From: Macrostomum hystrix
Lineage: Eukaryota > Animalia > Platyhelminthes
Direction: 5' to 3'
Length of the DNA: 64,000 nucleotides
NCBI GenBank assembly: GCA_950097015.1
Contig: CATNEN010000026.1
Coordinates: 186,001-250,000, forward strand
Position 1 is the first letter of the stretch; each line of letters starts with the position of its first letter. The position numbers and the translations under genes are program-made. The notes beneath the pieces were generated by a model that had not been told where the DNA came from, made no database searches, and worked only from the letters and a program-made list of their open reading frames with translations. This document shows positions 1 through 11,507 of this stretch, piece by piece.

Positions 1-1652
1 TTCTTCTTATCTACCATTGATCTGCCTCTCCTTATCTACCATTGATCTACTTCTCCTTATCTACCATTGATCTGCTTCTCCTTATCTACCATTGATCTAC
101 TTCTCCTTATCTACCATTGATCTACTTCTCCTTATCTACCATTGACCAGCTTCTCCTTATCTACCATTGATCAGCTTCTCCTTATCTACCATTGATCTGC
201 TTCTCCTTATCTACCATTGATCTGCTTCTCCTTATCTACCATTGATCTGCTTCTCCTTATCTACCATTGATCTGCTTCTCCTTATCTACCATTGATCTAC
301 TTCTCCTTATCTACCATTGATCTACTTCTCCTTATCTACCATTGATCTACTTCTCCTTATCTACCATTGATCTACTTCTCCTTATCTACCATTGATCTAC
401 TTCTCCTTATCTACCATTGATCTGCTTCTCCTTATCTACCATTGATCTGCTTCTCCTTATCTACCATTGATCTACTTCTCCTTATCTACCATTGATCTAC
501 TTCTCCTTATCTACCATTGACCAGCTTCTCCTTATCTACCATTGATCAGCTTCTCCTTATCTACCATTGATCTGCTTCTCCTTATCTACCATTGATCAGC
601 TTCTCCTTATCTACCATTGATCTACTTCTCCTTATCTACCATTGATCTACTTCTCCTTATCTACCATTGATCTACTTCTCCTTATCTACCATTGATCTAC
701 TTCTCCTTATCTACCATTGATCTACTTCTCCTTATCTACCATTGATCTGCTTCTCCTTATCTACCATTGATCTGCTTCTCCTTATCTACCATTGATCTAC
801 TTCTCCTTATCTACCATTGATCTACTTCTCCTTATCTACCATTGATCTGCTTCTCCTTATCTACCATTGATCAGCTTCTCCTTATCTACCATTGATCTAC
901 TTCTCCTTATCTACCATTGATCTGCTTCTCCTTATCTACCATTGATCAGCTTCTCCTTATCTACCATTGATCTACTTCTCCTTATCTACCATTGATCAGC
1001 TTCTCCTTGTCTACCATTGATCAGCTTCTCCTTATCTACCATTGATCTACTTCTCCTTATCTACCATTGATCTACTTCTCCTTATCTACCATAGATCAGC
1101 TTCTCCTTATCTACCATTGATCTACTTCTCCTTATCTACCATTGATCTGCTTCTCCTTATCTACCATTGATCTGCTTCTCCTTATCTACCATTGATCTAC
1201 TTCTCCTTATCTACCATTGATCTACTTCTCCTTATCTACCATTGATCTACTTCTCCTTATCTACCATTGATCAGCTTCTCCTTATCTACCATTGATCTAC
1301 TTCTCCTTATCTACCATTGATCTACTTCTCCTTATCTACCATTGATCTACTTCTCCTTATCTACCATTGATCTACTTCTCCTTATCTACCATTGATCTAC
1401 TTCTCCTTATCTACCATTGATCTACTTCTCCTTATCTACCATTGATCTGCTTCTCCTTATCTACCATTGATCAGCTTCTCCTTATCTACCATTGATCTAC
1501 TTCTCCTTATCTACCATTGATCTACTTCTCCTTATCTACCATTGATCAGCTTCTCCTTATCTACCATTGATCTACTTCTCCTTATCTACCATTGATCTAC
1601 TTCTCCTTATCTACCATTGATCAGCTTCTCCTTATCTACCATTGATCTGCTT
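1..1652. repeat. 25-bp minisatellite (TTCTCCTTATCTACCATTGATCTAC)n, intronic, runs off the left edge
   Basis: Period 25 is visible from base 1, with variants ...TCTAC/TCTGC/TCAGC. The array stops at a minus-strand GTAAGC splice donor (1654-1649). Confidence 0.97.
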
Positions 1653-1654
1653 AC

Positions 1655-4281
1655 TTCTGGGATGCGCAGGTGCAATTCTGCCGGCACAGCCCGTCGTGCC
1701 GGTCACCGACGCAGCCGTCAACGCCGCCTCTCTTTCGCACTCGCTGCACTGGCTGTCCGCGTCGCTGCCAGATTCCAGCTCCGACGCTGACGATGCCGAC
1801 GATATCGACGATTTCGGTGTCGACGAAATATTAGACGAGGGCGGCGAGTTGAGGGCCGAAGCGCACGCCGAGCTCGCTTCGATGTCGCATTCAGGGCAGC
1901 CGCCTTCAGCGACTTCGGACTTTGCTACGGCAGGCAGTCTCAAGGCTTTCCAGAAAGATTGAAAACATTGGCATCTGCTTTTGTTTCGACTGTCTCACCC
2001 TCTGTCTCACCCTCTGTCTCTCCATCTCTATCTTCTGTCCCAACTTCTGTCTCTCCATCTCTATCTTCTGTCTCACCCTCTGTCTCTGCATCTCTATTTT
2101 CTGTCTCACGCTCTGTCTCTCCATCTCTATCTTCTGTCTCACCCTCTGTCTCTGCATCTCTATTTTCTGTCTCACGCTCTGTCTCTCCATCTCTATCTTC
2201 TGTCCCACCCTCTGTCTCTCCATCTCTATCTTCTGTCCCACCCTCTGTCTCTCCATCTCTATCTTCTGTCTCACCCTCTGTCTCTCCATCTCTATCTTGT
2301 CTCACGCTCTGTCTCTCCATCTCTATTTTCTGTCTCACGCTCTGTCTCTCCATCTCTATCTTCTGTCCCACCCTCTGTCTCTCCATCTCTATCTTTTATC
2401 TCACGCTCTGTCTCTCCATCTCTATCTTCTGTCCCACCCTCTGTCTCTCCATCTCTATCTTCTGTCCCACCCTCTGTCTCTCCATCTCTATCTTCTGTCC
2501 CACCCTCTGTCTCTCCATCTCTATCTTCTGTCCCACCCTCTGTCTCTCCTTCTGTTTCTAAATCTCTCCCGTCATCAACAGAATAGTTCTCCCTCCTTTA
2601 ATGGGACAATGAGAATCTCTGCTAAAGTACACACTTGATTGAAGCTTCCTGAAAAGCAGCAATAATGCTAATGCTGAATAATAATATCAGCAAAAAATAT
2701 AGGCAATAACAAAAGAAGTGATGATATGAAGGCGTCAGTGAGACAGTTTTCCAATAAACGCTAACCGAGTCGTTCAGTTGACACCAGATCATTAATTTTA
2801 ATGAGCACTGGCAGCTCCCTTTTTTGCCCAACACAAACAGAGACTAATAATTCACAATCCACTCTGCTCATCGCCACCGACTGTGCTCAACTCCCACCGA
2901 CTGTGTTCAACTCCCACCGACTGTGCTCATCTCCCACCGACTGTGCTTATCTCCCACCGACTGTGCTCAACTCCCACCGACTGTGCTCATCTCCCACCGA
3001 CTGTGCTCATCTCCCACCGACTGTGCTCATCTCCCACCGACTGTGCTCATCTCCCACCGACTGTGCTCAACTCCCACCGACTGTGCTCAACTCCCACCGA
3101 CTGTGCTCAACTCCCACCGACTGTGCTCAACTCCCACCGACTGTGCTCAACTCCCACCGACTGTGTTCAACTCCCACCGAATGTGCTATCTTACACCGAC
3201 TGTGCTCATCTTACATCGACTGTGCTCATCTCCCACCGACTGTGCTCAACTCCCACCGACTGTGTCCAACTCCCACCGACTGTGCTCAACTCCCACCGAC
3301 TGTGCTCAACTCCCACCGACTGTGTTCAACTCCCACCGACTGTGTTCAACTCCCACCGACTGTGCTCAACTCCCACCGACTGTGCTCAACTCCCACCGAC
3401 TGTGCTCAACTCCCACCGACTGTGCTCAACTCCCACCGACTGTGCTCAACTCCCACCGACTGTGCTCAACTCCCACCGACTGTGCTCAACTCCCACCGAC
3501 TGTGCTCAACTCCCACCGACTGTGCTCAACTCCCACCGACTGTGCTCAACTCCCAACGACTGTGCTCAACTCCCACCGACTGTGCTCAACTCCCACCGAC
3601 TGTGCTCAACTCCCACCGACTGTGCTCAACTCCCACCGACTGTGCTCAACTCCCACCGACTGTGTTCAACTCCCACCGACTGTGTTCAACTCCCACAGAC
3701 TGTGTTTAACTCCCACCGAATGTGCTATCTTACACCGACTGTGCTCATCTTACATCGGCTGTGCTCATCTCCCACCGACTGTGCTCATCTCCCACCGACT
3801 GTGCTTCTCATCTTTCACCGACTGTGCTTCTCATATTTCACCGACTGTGCTCAAAATCTCTCACCGACTGTGCTCATCTTTCACCAACTGTGCTCATCTC
3901 TCACCGACTGTGCTCAACTCCCATCAACCCACCTCAAAGCTCTCTCTCACCGTTGCCTAGCAACTGCTCCGGCAGCAGGTACTGCGGACAGACCCTGACT
4001 GGCACGCGGCTGCAGAAGCCGTCCATCTCCAGGTGTCGACAAATCGATAGCTGCAGACTGTCCAGTGCGAACCACCGACCATTGCCCAGCTGAACCACTT
4101 GAAGCCTGGGATAACTGCCCACTCCGCAGAGCAGCTTCTGGGCATACTCGGTAAGATTAATCGAAGCCAACCGATGCTCACAAGCAAGCTTAGACCAATT
4201 GCTCACCTCGCCCAGGTAGCTTATCTCAGAGGGCCGCAGCAGCAGCAGAGTTTGAGGCTCTGCAGGTTTTTGGCGCAGCAT
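1655..4281 (-). CDS. Spliced gene (continues off the left edge): N-terminal ParB/sulfiredoxin-like domain plus Ser-rich region with two CxxC motifs
   Basis: Exon 1 is 4281-3951 (ATG...GGC AAC G|GTGAGA, phase 1). Exon 2 is 1945-1655 (GAAAG|CC TTG AGA...AGAA|GTAAGC) and is phase-compatible. Exon 1 motifs LRPSEI, YPRLQVV, GRWFALD and RHLExxGxCxxVPV recall invertebrate 'LRPSEIRFSQ...DNRRL' ParB/Srx-like proteins (from memory, not searched). Confidence 0.6.
1990..2550. repeat. 33-bp CT-rich minisatellite (CTCTGTCTCTCCATCTCTATCTTCTGTCTCACC)n
   Basis: The 11-aa periodicity (MERQRVRQKIE) in the ORF track matches a 33-bp unit. It lies in intron 1946-3950. Confidence 0.93.
2870..3920 (+). repeat. 20-bp minisatellite family M20 (CTGTGCTCA[A/T]CTCCCACCGA)n, array 1
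   Basis: Direct reading. The same family recurs at 4745-5130, 5563-6460 (inverted), 7655-7817, 8642-9045, 9480-10378 (inverted) and 11574-11910. Confidence 0.97.
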
Positions 4282-4744
4282 TGCTTCAAAACACGGCTTG
4301 GAGAAAGCTGGAACTTTTCTCAGTCTGCGCTGATTTCATGTTTTTGAATTCGTGCCAAGCTTCGCGCATTGGCTGGCTGAGAAATCCTTGACGGTGTATC
4401 CAATAGCCATCCAACCTGTACTCAACGTACTCGTACACACAATGCTGCGCTTTGAACTGCCCTAATACTCTTTCATGTAACTATACAAGCCGTACAAACA
4501 ACTTGTTTCTGTGTAACAGAATCTACCTGATTCCGATTAAACTCTCGTTCGGACTAAGTTAATCTGACACAGTTCAGATAATCCTAAATCCTTCATATTG
4601 TACACACTGCATCAGTTTCCAACCGGACTTGCCAATTAATACTAGTACGAGAGGGCTCAAACTTTCTTTTGATGTATCCTTCTCTGAGCACAATTCTTCT
4701 TTGAGAGCATTTCGCTGCCCGATCTCTGCTCATCTGACACATCT

Positions 4745-5130
4745 CTGCTCTCTGCTCTCTGCTCACCGACTGTGCTCATCTCCCACCGACTGTACTCATC
4801 TCCCACCGACTGTGGTCATCTCCCACCGACTGTGCTCATCTCCCACCGACTGTGCTCATCTCCCACCGACTGTGCTCATCTCCCACCGACTGTGCTCATC
4901 TCCCACCGACTGTGCTCATCTCCCACCGACTGTGCTCATCTCCCACCGACTGTGCTCATCTCCCACCGACTGTGCTCATCTCCCACCGACTGTGCTCATC
5001 TCCCACCGACTGTGCTCATCTCCCACCGACTGTGCTCATCTCCCACCGACTGTGCTCATCTCCCACCGACTGTGCTCATCTCCCACCGACTGTACTCATT
5101 TCCCAACGACTGCTCATCTCTCATTGCCTG
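4745..5130 (+). repeat. M20 minisatellite array (direct)
   Basis: (CTGTGCTCATCTCCCACCGA)n. Confidence 0.95.
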
Positions 5131-5562
5131 TGCTCATATCTCACTTACAAGTATTTTTATGTCTGCGTCATCGTCTCTGGTTGATATAAGTCTTCGTAAA
5201 TACGACAATGTGTCAATTTCCAAAAAACAAACCGCGTCTTCACTAGAGCATTGGCTTGTTGCCTGTGATGGAGCATATATGGCTAGCACAGCGCTGCTCG
5301 CTGCTGATTAATTGAATTATTCGCGAGAAGAAGCAAAGAATTATTCATATAATTAGCATTGCCTGAGTAGAAATATCTGATTCAGTTGCTAATGGACTAG
5401 ATGAAGGAAACTTTCATGATTGAATTATGTATTGCTGCCATACCCTTTGAATTTCTAATTAACTGCCGACTTCCAGAAAACACATTAGGAGAAGCAGCTG
5501 GACACACTTCTCGATACCTGTAAGGCTTAGTGTAGCTGTTACAGGAGATAAGCAGTCTGTTG

Positions 5563-6460
5563 GTGATGAGCACAGCCGGTGGGAGATGAGCACAGTCGGT
5601 GAGGAATGAGCACAGTCGGTGAGGAATGAGCACAGTCGGTGAGAGATGAGCACAGTCGGTGGGGAATGAGCACAGTCCGTGAGAGATGAGCACAGTCGGT
5701 GAGAGATGAGCACAGTCGGTTAGAGATGAGCACAGTCGGTGGGGAATGAGCACAGTCCGTGAGAGATGAGCACAGTCCGTGAGAGATGAGCACAGTCGGT
5801 GGGAATGAGCACAGTCCGTGAGAGATGAGCACAGTCGGTTGGTAATGAGCACCGTCGGTGGGGAATGAGCACAGTCCGTGAGAGATGAGCACAGTCGGTG
5901 AGAGATGAGCACAGTCGGTGAGAGATGAGCACAGTCGGTGGGAGATGAGCACAGTCGGTGAGAGATGATCACAGTCGGTGAGAGATGAGCACAGTCGGTG
6001 AGAGATGAGCACAGTCGGTGAGAGATGAGCACAGTCGGTGAGAGATGATCACAGTCGGTGAGAGATGAGCACAGTCGGTGAGAGATGAGCACAGTCGGTG
6101 GGGAATGAGCACAGTCGGTGAGAGATGATCACAGTCGGTGAGAGATGAGCACAGTCGGTGGGGAATGAGCACCTGTAGTCGGTGAGAGATGAGCACAGTC
6201 GGTGAGAGATGAGCACAGTCGGTGAGAGATGAGCACAGTCGGTGGGGAATGAGCACCTGTAGTCGGTGAGAGATGAGCACAGTCGGTGAGAGATGAGCAC
6301 AGTCGGTGAGAGATGAGCACAGTCGGTGAGAGATGAGCACAGTCGGTGGGGATTGAGCACAGTCCGTGAGAGATGAGCACAGTCGCTGGGGAATGAGCAC
6401 AGTCCGTGAGAGATGAGCACAGTCGGTGGGGAATGAGCACAGTCCGTGAGAGATGAGCAG
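5563..6460 (-). repeat. M20 minisatellite array (inverted)
   Basis: (GAGATGAGCACAGTCGGTGA)n is the reverse complement of M20. Confidence 0.95.
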
Positions 6461-7847
6461 GGCACACAAAAAGGTAATCGTATAGCTTCGTGCTAGAATC
6501 CTACTTGTACCTTAGAAAGTCAATCTAGAGAAAGTGTGTAGGCTGAATATCAGCTAGTATTGCTAGTTGCAAATCTATATTTTTAGCGTCAAGTTGACTA
6601 AAGACTGAAGTCAGTATTTATAGGCCCCGCATCCGACTGTCGAAAAAATCTTGAAATATAAAAAATAAGAAAACTAAGACAGATGAAATCAAACAATTGA
6701 AATTATTTAAGATTTCTAAGCGTCCTGTCAGCAAATGTATTGATAGAACAGTTGGAGTTCTTAACTCTTGCTTGTCACTGGAGATTGAGAAGGATAGATT
6801 TTGAGATGTTCCGCTGCAGTTCTGTCAATTAAAACAAATCTAATCCATAACAGAAATCAGTTAACAATATCAATATTGACTATTGGGATCTGGGAAGGCA
6901 AGCAAAAATGTTGGTTAGGAGTTTTTTATCGGCACTGCAGAAGTCTTTAAAAAGCAGAAACGAAAGAAAAAATGTTATTAAAAACTATCGTGGTTATGTA
7001 GAGTTGCCGAAATTGATTCCATTCCCAAATCTCGCGTCTCTATCTAGACTCGCAGAGGGAGAAAGCGTTCCAGATCTGGGATTTATGAACGAGCAGAGAG
7101 GAAATGAATGGTTGAGGCCCGATTTAGTGTTTCAAATATCTGCTTCTAGCGAAAGTTATTACGAACCGAAATTAAACGGCTGTCCTCTCCGAGTGAAACT
7201 GGGCTCTCCTCACCCTCTGGCGGAAAAATGGGCAGAAAAAATGAAAGGAAGAAAGAAAATTGGGACTAGAAAATCAGGTGCGAGTGCACACCTGCTTTCT
7301 TATTATACTTCGCGTCTGAACGCATTTCTAGCCTCTGCTTGGTGTACTTCTATATCGGCTTAGTTTAACAAAAATCGACAAATAGTTTTCATTGCTTTCA
7401 CTTTAGAATCCAATTAAAACAATTTTGATTTAGACGTTTTAGTGGGAAGAAAAAAGCAGCGAGGAGGAGGTTAGAAACGAGCCACTTTTGAGTCAGGTCA
7501 ACTGTCTAAAAACTGGGGAGGCGGCAGATAGCTTGTGAGAGTGCGGCGAGGCGGCAGGGAGGAGGCAGGCAGGAACTTCCACCTTCTCTTCAGATGTCGT
7601 CGAAAAACTGAAATAGGAAAATCGTGCATTTCTTGGAAAAATTTCTTCGAAAAAACTGTGCTCATCTCTCACAGACTGTGCTCATCTCCCACCGACTGTG
7701 CTTCTCATCTTTCACCGACTGTGCTTCTCATATTTCACCGACTGTGCTCAAAATCTCTCACCGACTGTGCTCATCTTTCACCAACTGTGCTCATCTCTCA
7801 CCGACTGTGCTCAACTCCCATCAACCCACCTCAAAGCTCTCTCTCAC

Positions 7848-8178
7848 CGTTGCCTAGCAACTGCTCCGGCAGCAGGTACTGCGGACAGACCCTGACTGGC
7901 ACGCGGCTGCAGAAGCCGTCCATCTCCAGGTGTCGACAAATCGATAGCTGCAGACTGTCCAGTGCGAACCACCGACCATTGCCCAGCTGAACCACTTGAA
8001 GCCTGGGATAACTGCCCACTCCGCAGAGCAGCTTCTGGGCATACTCGGTAAGATTAATCGAAGCCAACCGATGCTCACAAGCAAGCTTAGACCAATTGCT
8101 CACCTCGCCCAGGTAGCTTATCTCAGAGGGCCGCAGCAGCAGCAGAGTTTGAGGCTCTGCAGGTTTTTGGCGCAGCAT
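7848..8178 (-). CDS. Duplicate of exon 1 of the ParB/Srx-like gene
   Basis: Identical 115-aa ORF to 3934-4281. ATG at 8178, GT donor at 7847. Confidence 0.6.
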
Positions 8179-8641
8179 TGCTTCAAAACACGGCTTGGAG
8201 AAAGCTGGAACTTTTCTCAGTCTGCGCTGATTTCATGTTTTTGAATTCGTGCCAAGCTTCGCGCATTGGCTGGCTGAGAAATCCTTGACGGTGTATCCAA
8301 TAGCCATCCAACCTGTACTCAACGTACTCGTACACACAATGCTGCGCTTTGAACTGCCCTAATACTCTTTCATGTAACTATACAAGCCGTACAAACAACT
8401 TGTTTCTGTGTAACAGAATCTACCTGATTCCGATTAAACTCTCGTTCGGACTAAGTTAATCTGACACAGTTCAGATAATCCTAAATCCTTCATATTGTAC
8501 ACACTGCATCAGTTTCCAACCGGACTTGCCAATTAATACTAGTACGAGAGGGCTCAAACTTTCTTTTGATGTATCCTTCTCTGAGCACAATTCTTCTTTG
8601 AGAGCATTTCGCTGCCCGATCTCTGCTCATCTGACACATCT

Positions 8642-9045
8642 CTGCTCTCTGCTCTCTGCTCACCGACTGTGCTCATCTCCCACCGACTGTACTCATCTCC
8701 CACCGACTGTGGTCATCTCCCACCGACTGTGCTCATCTCCCACCGACTGTGCTCATCTCCCACCGACTGTGCTCATCTCCCACCGACTGTGCTCATCTCC
8801 CACCGACTGTGCTCATCTCCCACCGACTGTGCTCATCTCCCACCGACTGTGCTCATCTCCCACCGACTGTGCTCATCTCCCACCGACTGTGCTCATCTCC
8901 CACCGACTGTGCTCATCTCCCACCGACTGTGCTCATCTCCCACCGACTGTGCTCATCTCCCACCGACTGTGCTCATCTCCCACCGACTGTGCTCATCTCC
9001 CACCGACTGTACTCATTTCCCAACGACTGCTCATCTCTCATTGCC
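8642..9045 (+). repeat. M20 minisatellite array (direct, duplicate copy)
   Basis: Copy of 4745-5130 with one additional unit. Confidence 0.95.
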
Positions 9046-9479
9046 TGTGCTCATATCTCACTTACAAGTATTTTTATGTCTGCGTCATCGTCTCTGGTTG
9101 ATATAAGTCTTCGTAAATACGACAATGTGTCAATTTCCAAAAAACAAACCGCGTCTTCACTAGAGCATTGGCTTGTTGCCTGTGATGGAGCATATATGGC
9201 TAGCACAGCGCTGCTCGCTGCTGATTAATTGAATTATTCGCGAGAAGAAGCAAAGAATTATTCATATAATTAGCATTGCCTGAGTAGAAATATCTGATTC
9301 AGTTGCTAATGGACTAGATGAAGGAAACTTTCATGATTGAATTATGTATTGCTGCCATACCCTTTGAATTTCTAATTAACTGCCGACTTCCAGAAAACAC
9401 ATTAGGAGAAGCAGCTGGACACACTTCTCGATACCTGTAAGGCTTAGTGTAGCTGTTACAGGAGATAAGCAGTCTGTTG

Positions 9480-10378
9480 GTGATGAGCACAGCCGGTGGG
9501 AGATGAGCACAGTCGGTGAGGAATGAGCACAGTCGGTGAGGAATGAGCACAGTCGGTGAGAGATGAGCACAGTCGGTGGGGAATGAGCACAGTCCGTGAG
9601 AGATGAGCACAGTCGGTGAGAGATGAGCACAGTCGGTTAGAGATGAGCACAGTCGGTGGGGAATGAGCACAGTCCGTGAGAGATGAGCACAGTCCGTGAG
9701 AGATGAGCACAGTCGGTGGGGAATGAGCACAGTCCGTGAGAGATGAGCACAGTCGGTTGGTAATGAGCACCGTCGGTGGGGAATGAGCACAGTCCGTGAG
9801 AGATGAGCACAGTCGGTGAGAGATGAGCACAGTCGGTGAGAGATGAGCACAGTCGGTGGGAGATGAGCACAGTCGGTGAGAGATGATCACAGTCGGTGAG
9901 AGATGAGCACAGTCGGTGAGAGATGAGCACAGTCGGTGAGAGATGAGCACAGTCGGTGAGAGATGATCACAGTCGGTGAGAGATGAGCACAGTCGGTGAG
10001 AGATGAGCACAGTCGGTGGGGAATGAGCACAGTCGGTGAGAGATGATCACAGTCGGTGAGAGATGAGCACAGTCGGTGGGGAATGAGCACCTGTAGTCGG
10101 TGAGAGATGAGCACAGTCGGTGAGAGATGAGCACAGTCGGTGAGAGATGAGCACAGTCGGTGGGGAATGAGCACCTGTAGTCGGTGAGAGATGAGCACAG
10201 TCGGTGAGAGATGAGCACAGTCGGTGAGAGATGAGCACAGTCGGTGAGAGATGAGCACAGTCGGTGGGGATTGAGCACAGTCCGTGAGAGATGAGCACAG
10301 TCGCTGGGGAATGAGCACAGTCCGTGAGAGATGAGCACAGTCGGTGGGGAATGAGCACAGTCCGTGAGAGATGAGCAG
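9480..10378 (-). repeat. M20 minisatellite array (inverted, duplicate copy)
   Basis: Copy of 5563-6460. Confidence 0.95.
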
Positions 10379-11507
10379 GGCACACAAAAAGGTAATCGTA
10401 TAGCTTCGTGCTAGAATCCTACTTGTACCTTAGAAAGTCAATCTAGAGAAAGTGTGTAGGCTGAATATCAGCTAGTATTGCTAGTTGCAAATCTATATTT
10501 TTAGCGTCAAGTTGACTAAAGACTGAAGTCAGTATTTATAGGCCCCGCATCCGACTGTCGAAAAAATCTTGAAATATAAAAAATAAGAAAACTAAGACAG
10601 ATGAAATCAAACAATTGAAATTATTTAAGATTTCTAAGCGTCCTGTCAGCAAATGTATTGATAGAACAGTTGGAGTTCTTAACTCTTGCTTGTCACTGGA
10701 GATTGAGAAGGATAGATTTTGAGATGTTCCGCTGCAGTTCTGTCAATTAAAACAAATCTAATCCATAACAGAAATCAGTTAACAATATCAATATTGACTA
10801 TTGGGATCTGGGAAGGCAAGCAAAAATGTTGGTTAGGAGTTTTTTATCGGCACTGCAGAAGTCTTTAAAAAGCAGAAACGAAAGAAAAAATGTTATTAAA
10901 AACTATCGTGGTTATGTAGAGTTGCCGAAATTGATTCCATTCCCAAATCTCGCGTCTCTATCTAGACTCGCAGAGGGAGAAAGCGTTCCAGATCTGGGAT
11001 TTATGAACGAGCAGAGAGGAAATGAATGGTTGAGGCCCGATTTAGTGTTTCAAATATCTGCTTCTAGCGAAAGTTATTACGAACCGAAATTAAACGGCTG
11101 TCCTCTCCGAGTGAAACTGGGCTCTCCTCACCCTCTGGCGGAAAAATGGGCAGAAAAAATGAAAGGAAGAAAGAAAATTGGGACTAGAAAATCAGGTGCG
11201 AGTGCACACCTGCTTTCTTATTATACTTCGCGTCTGAACGCATTTCTAGCCTCTGCTTGGTGTACTTCTATATCGGCTTAGTTTAACAAAAATCGACAAA
11301 TAGTTTTCATTGCTTTCACTTTAGAATCCAATTAAAACAATTTTGATTTAGACGTTTTAGTGGGAAGAAAAAAGCAGCGAGGAGGAGGTTAGAAACGAGC
11401 CACTTTTGAGTCAGGTCAACTGTCTAAAAACTGGGGAGGCGGCAGATAGCTTGTGAGAGTGCGGCGAGGCGGCAGGGAGGAGGCAGGCAGGAACTTCCAC
11501 CTTCTCT

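Noticed and set aside
1642-1962. Plus-strand acidic ORF (106 aa)
   Set aside because: It is the antisense of a minus-strand exon that has phase-matched splice sites on both sides.
6908-7363. 151-aa plus-strand ORF (and its duplicate at 10826-11281)
   Set aside because: AT-rich with no recognisable motif and codon usage unlike the true exons; probably antisense to the myosin 3' region.
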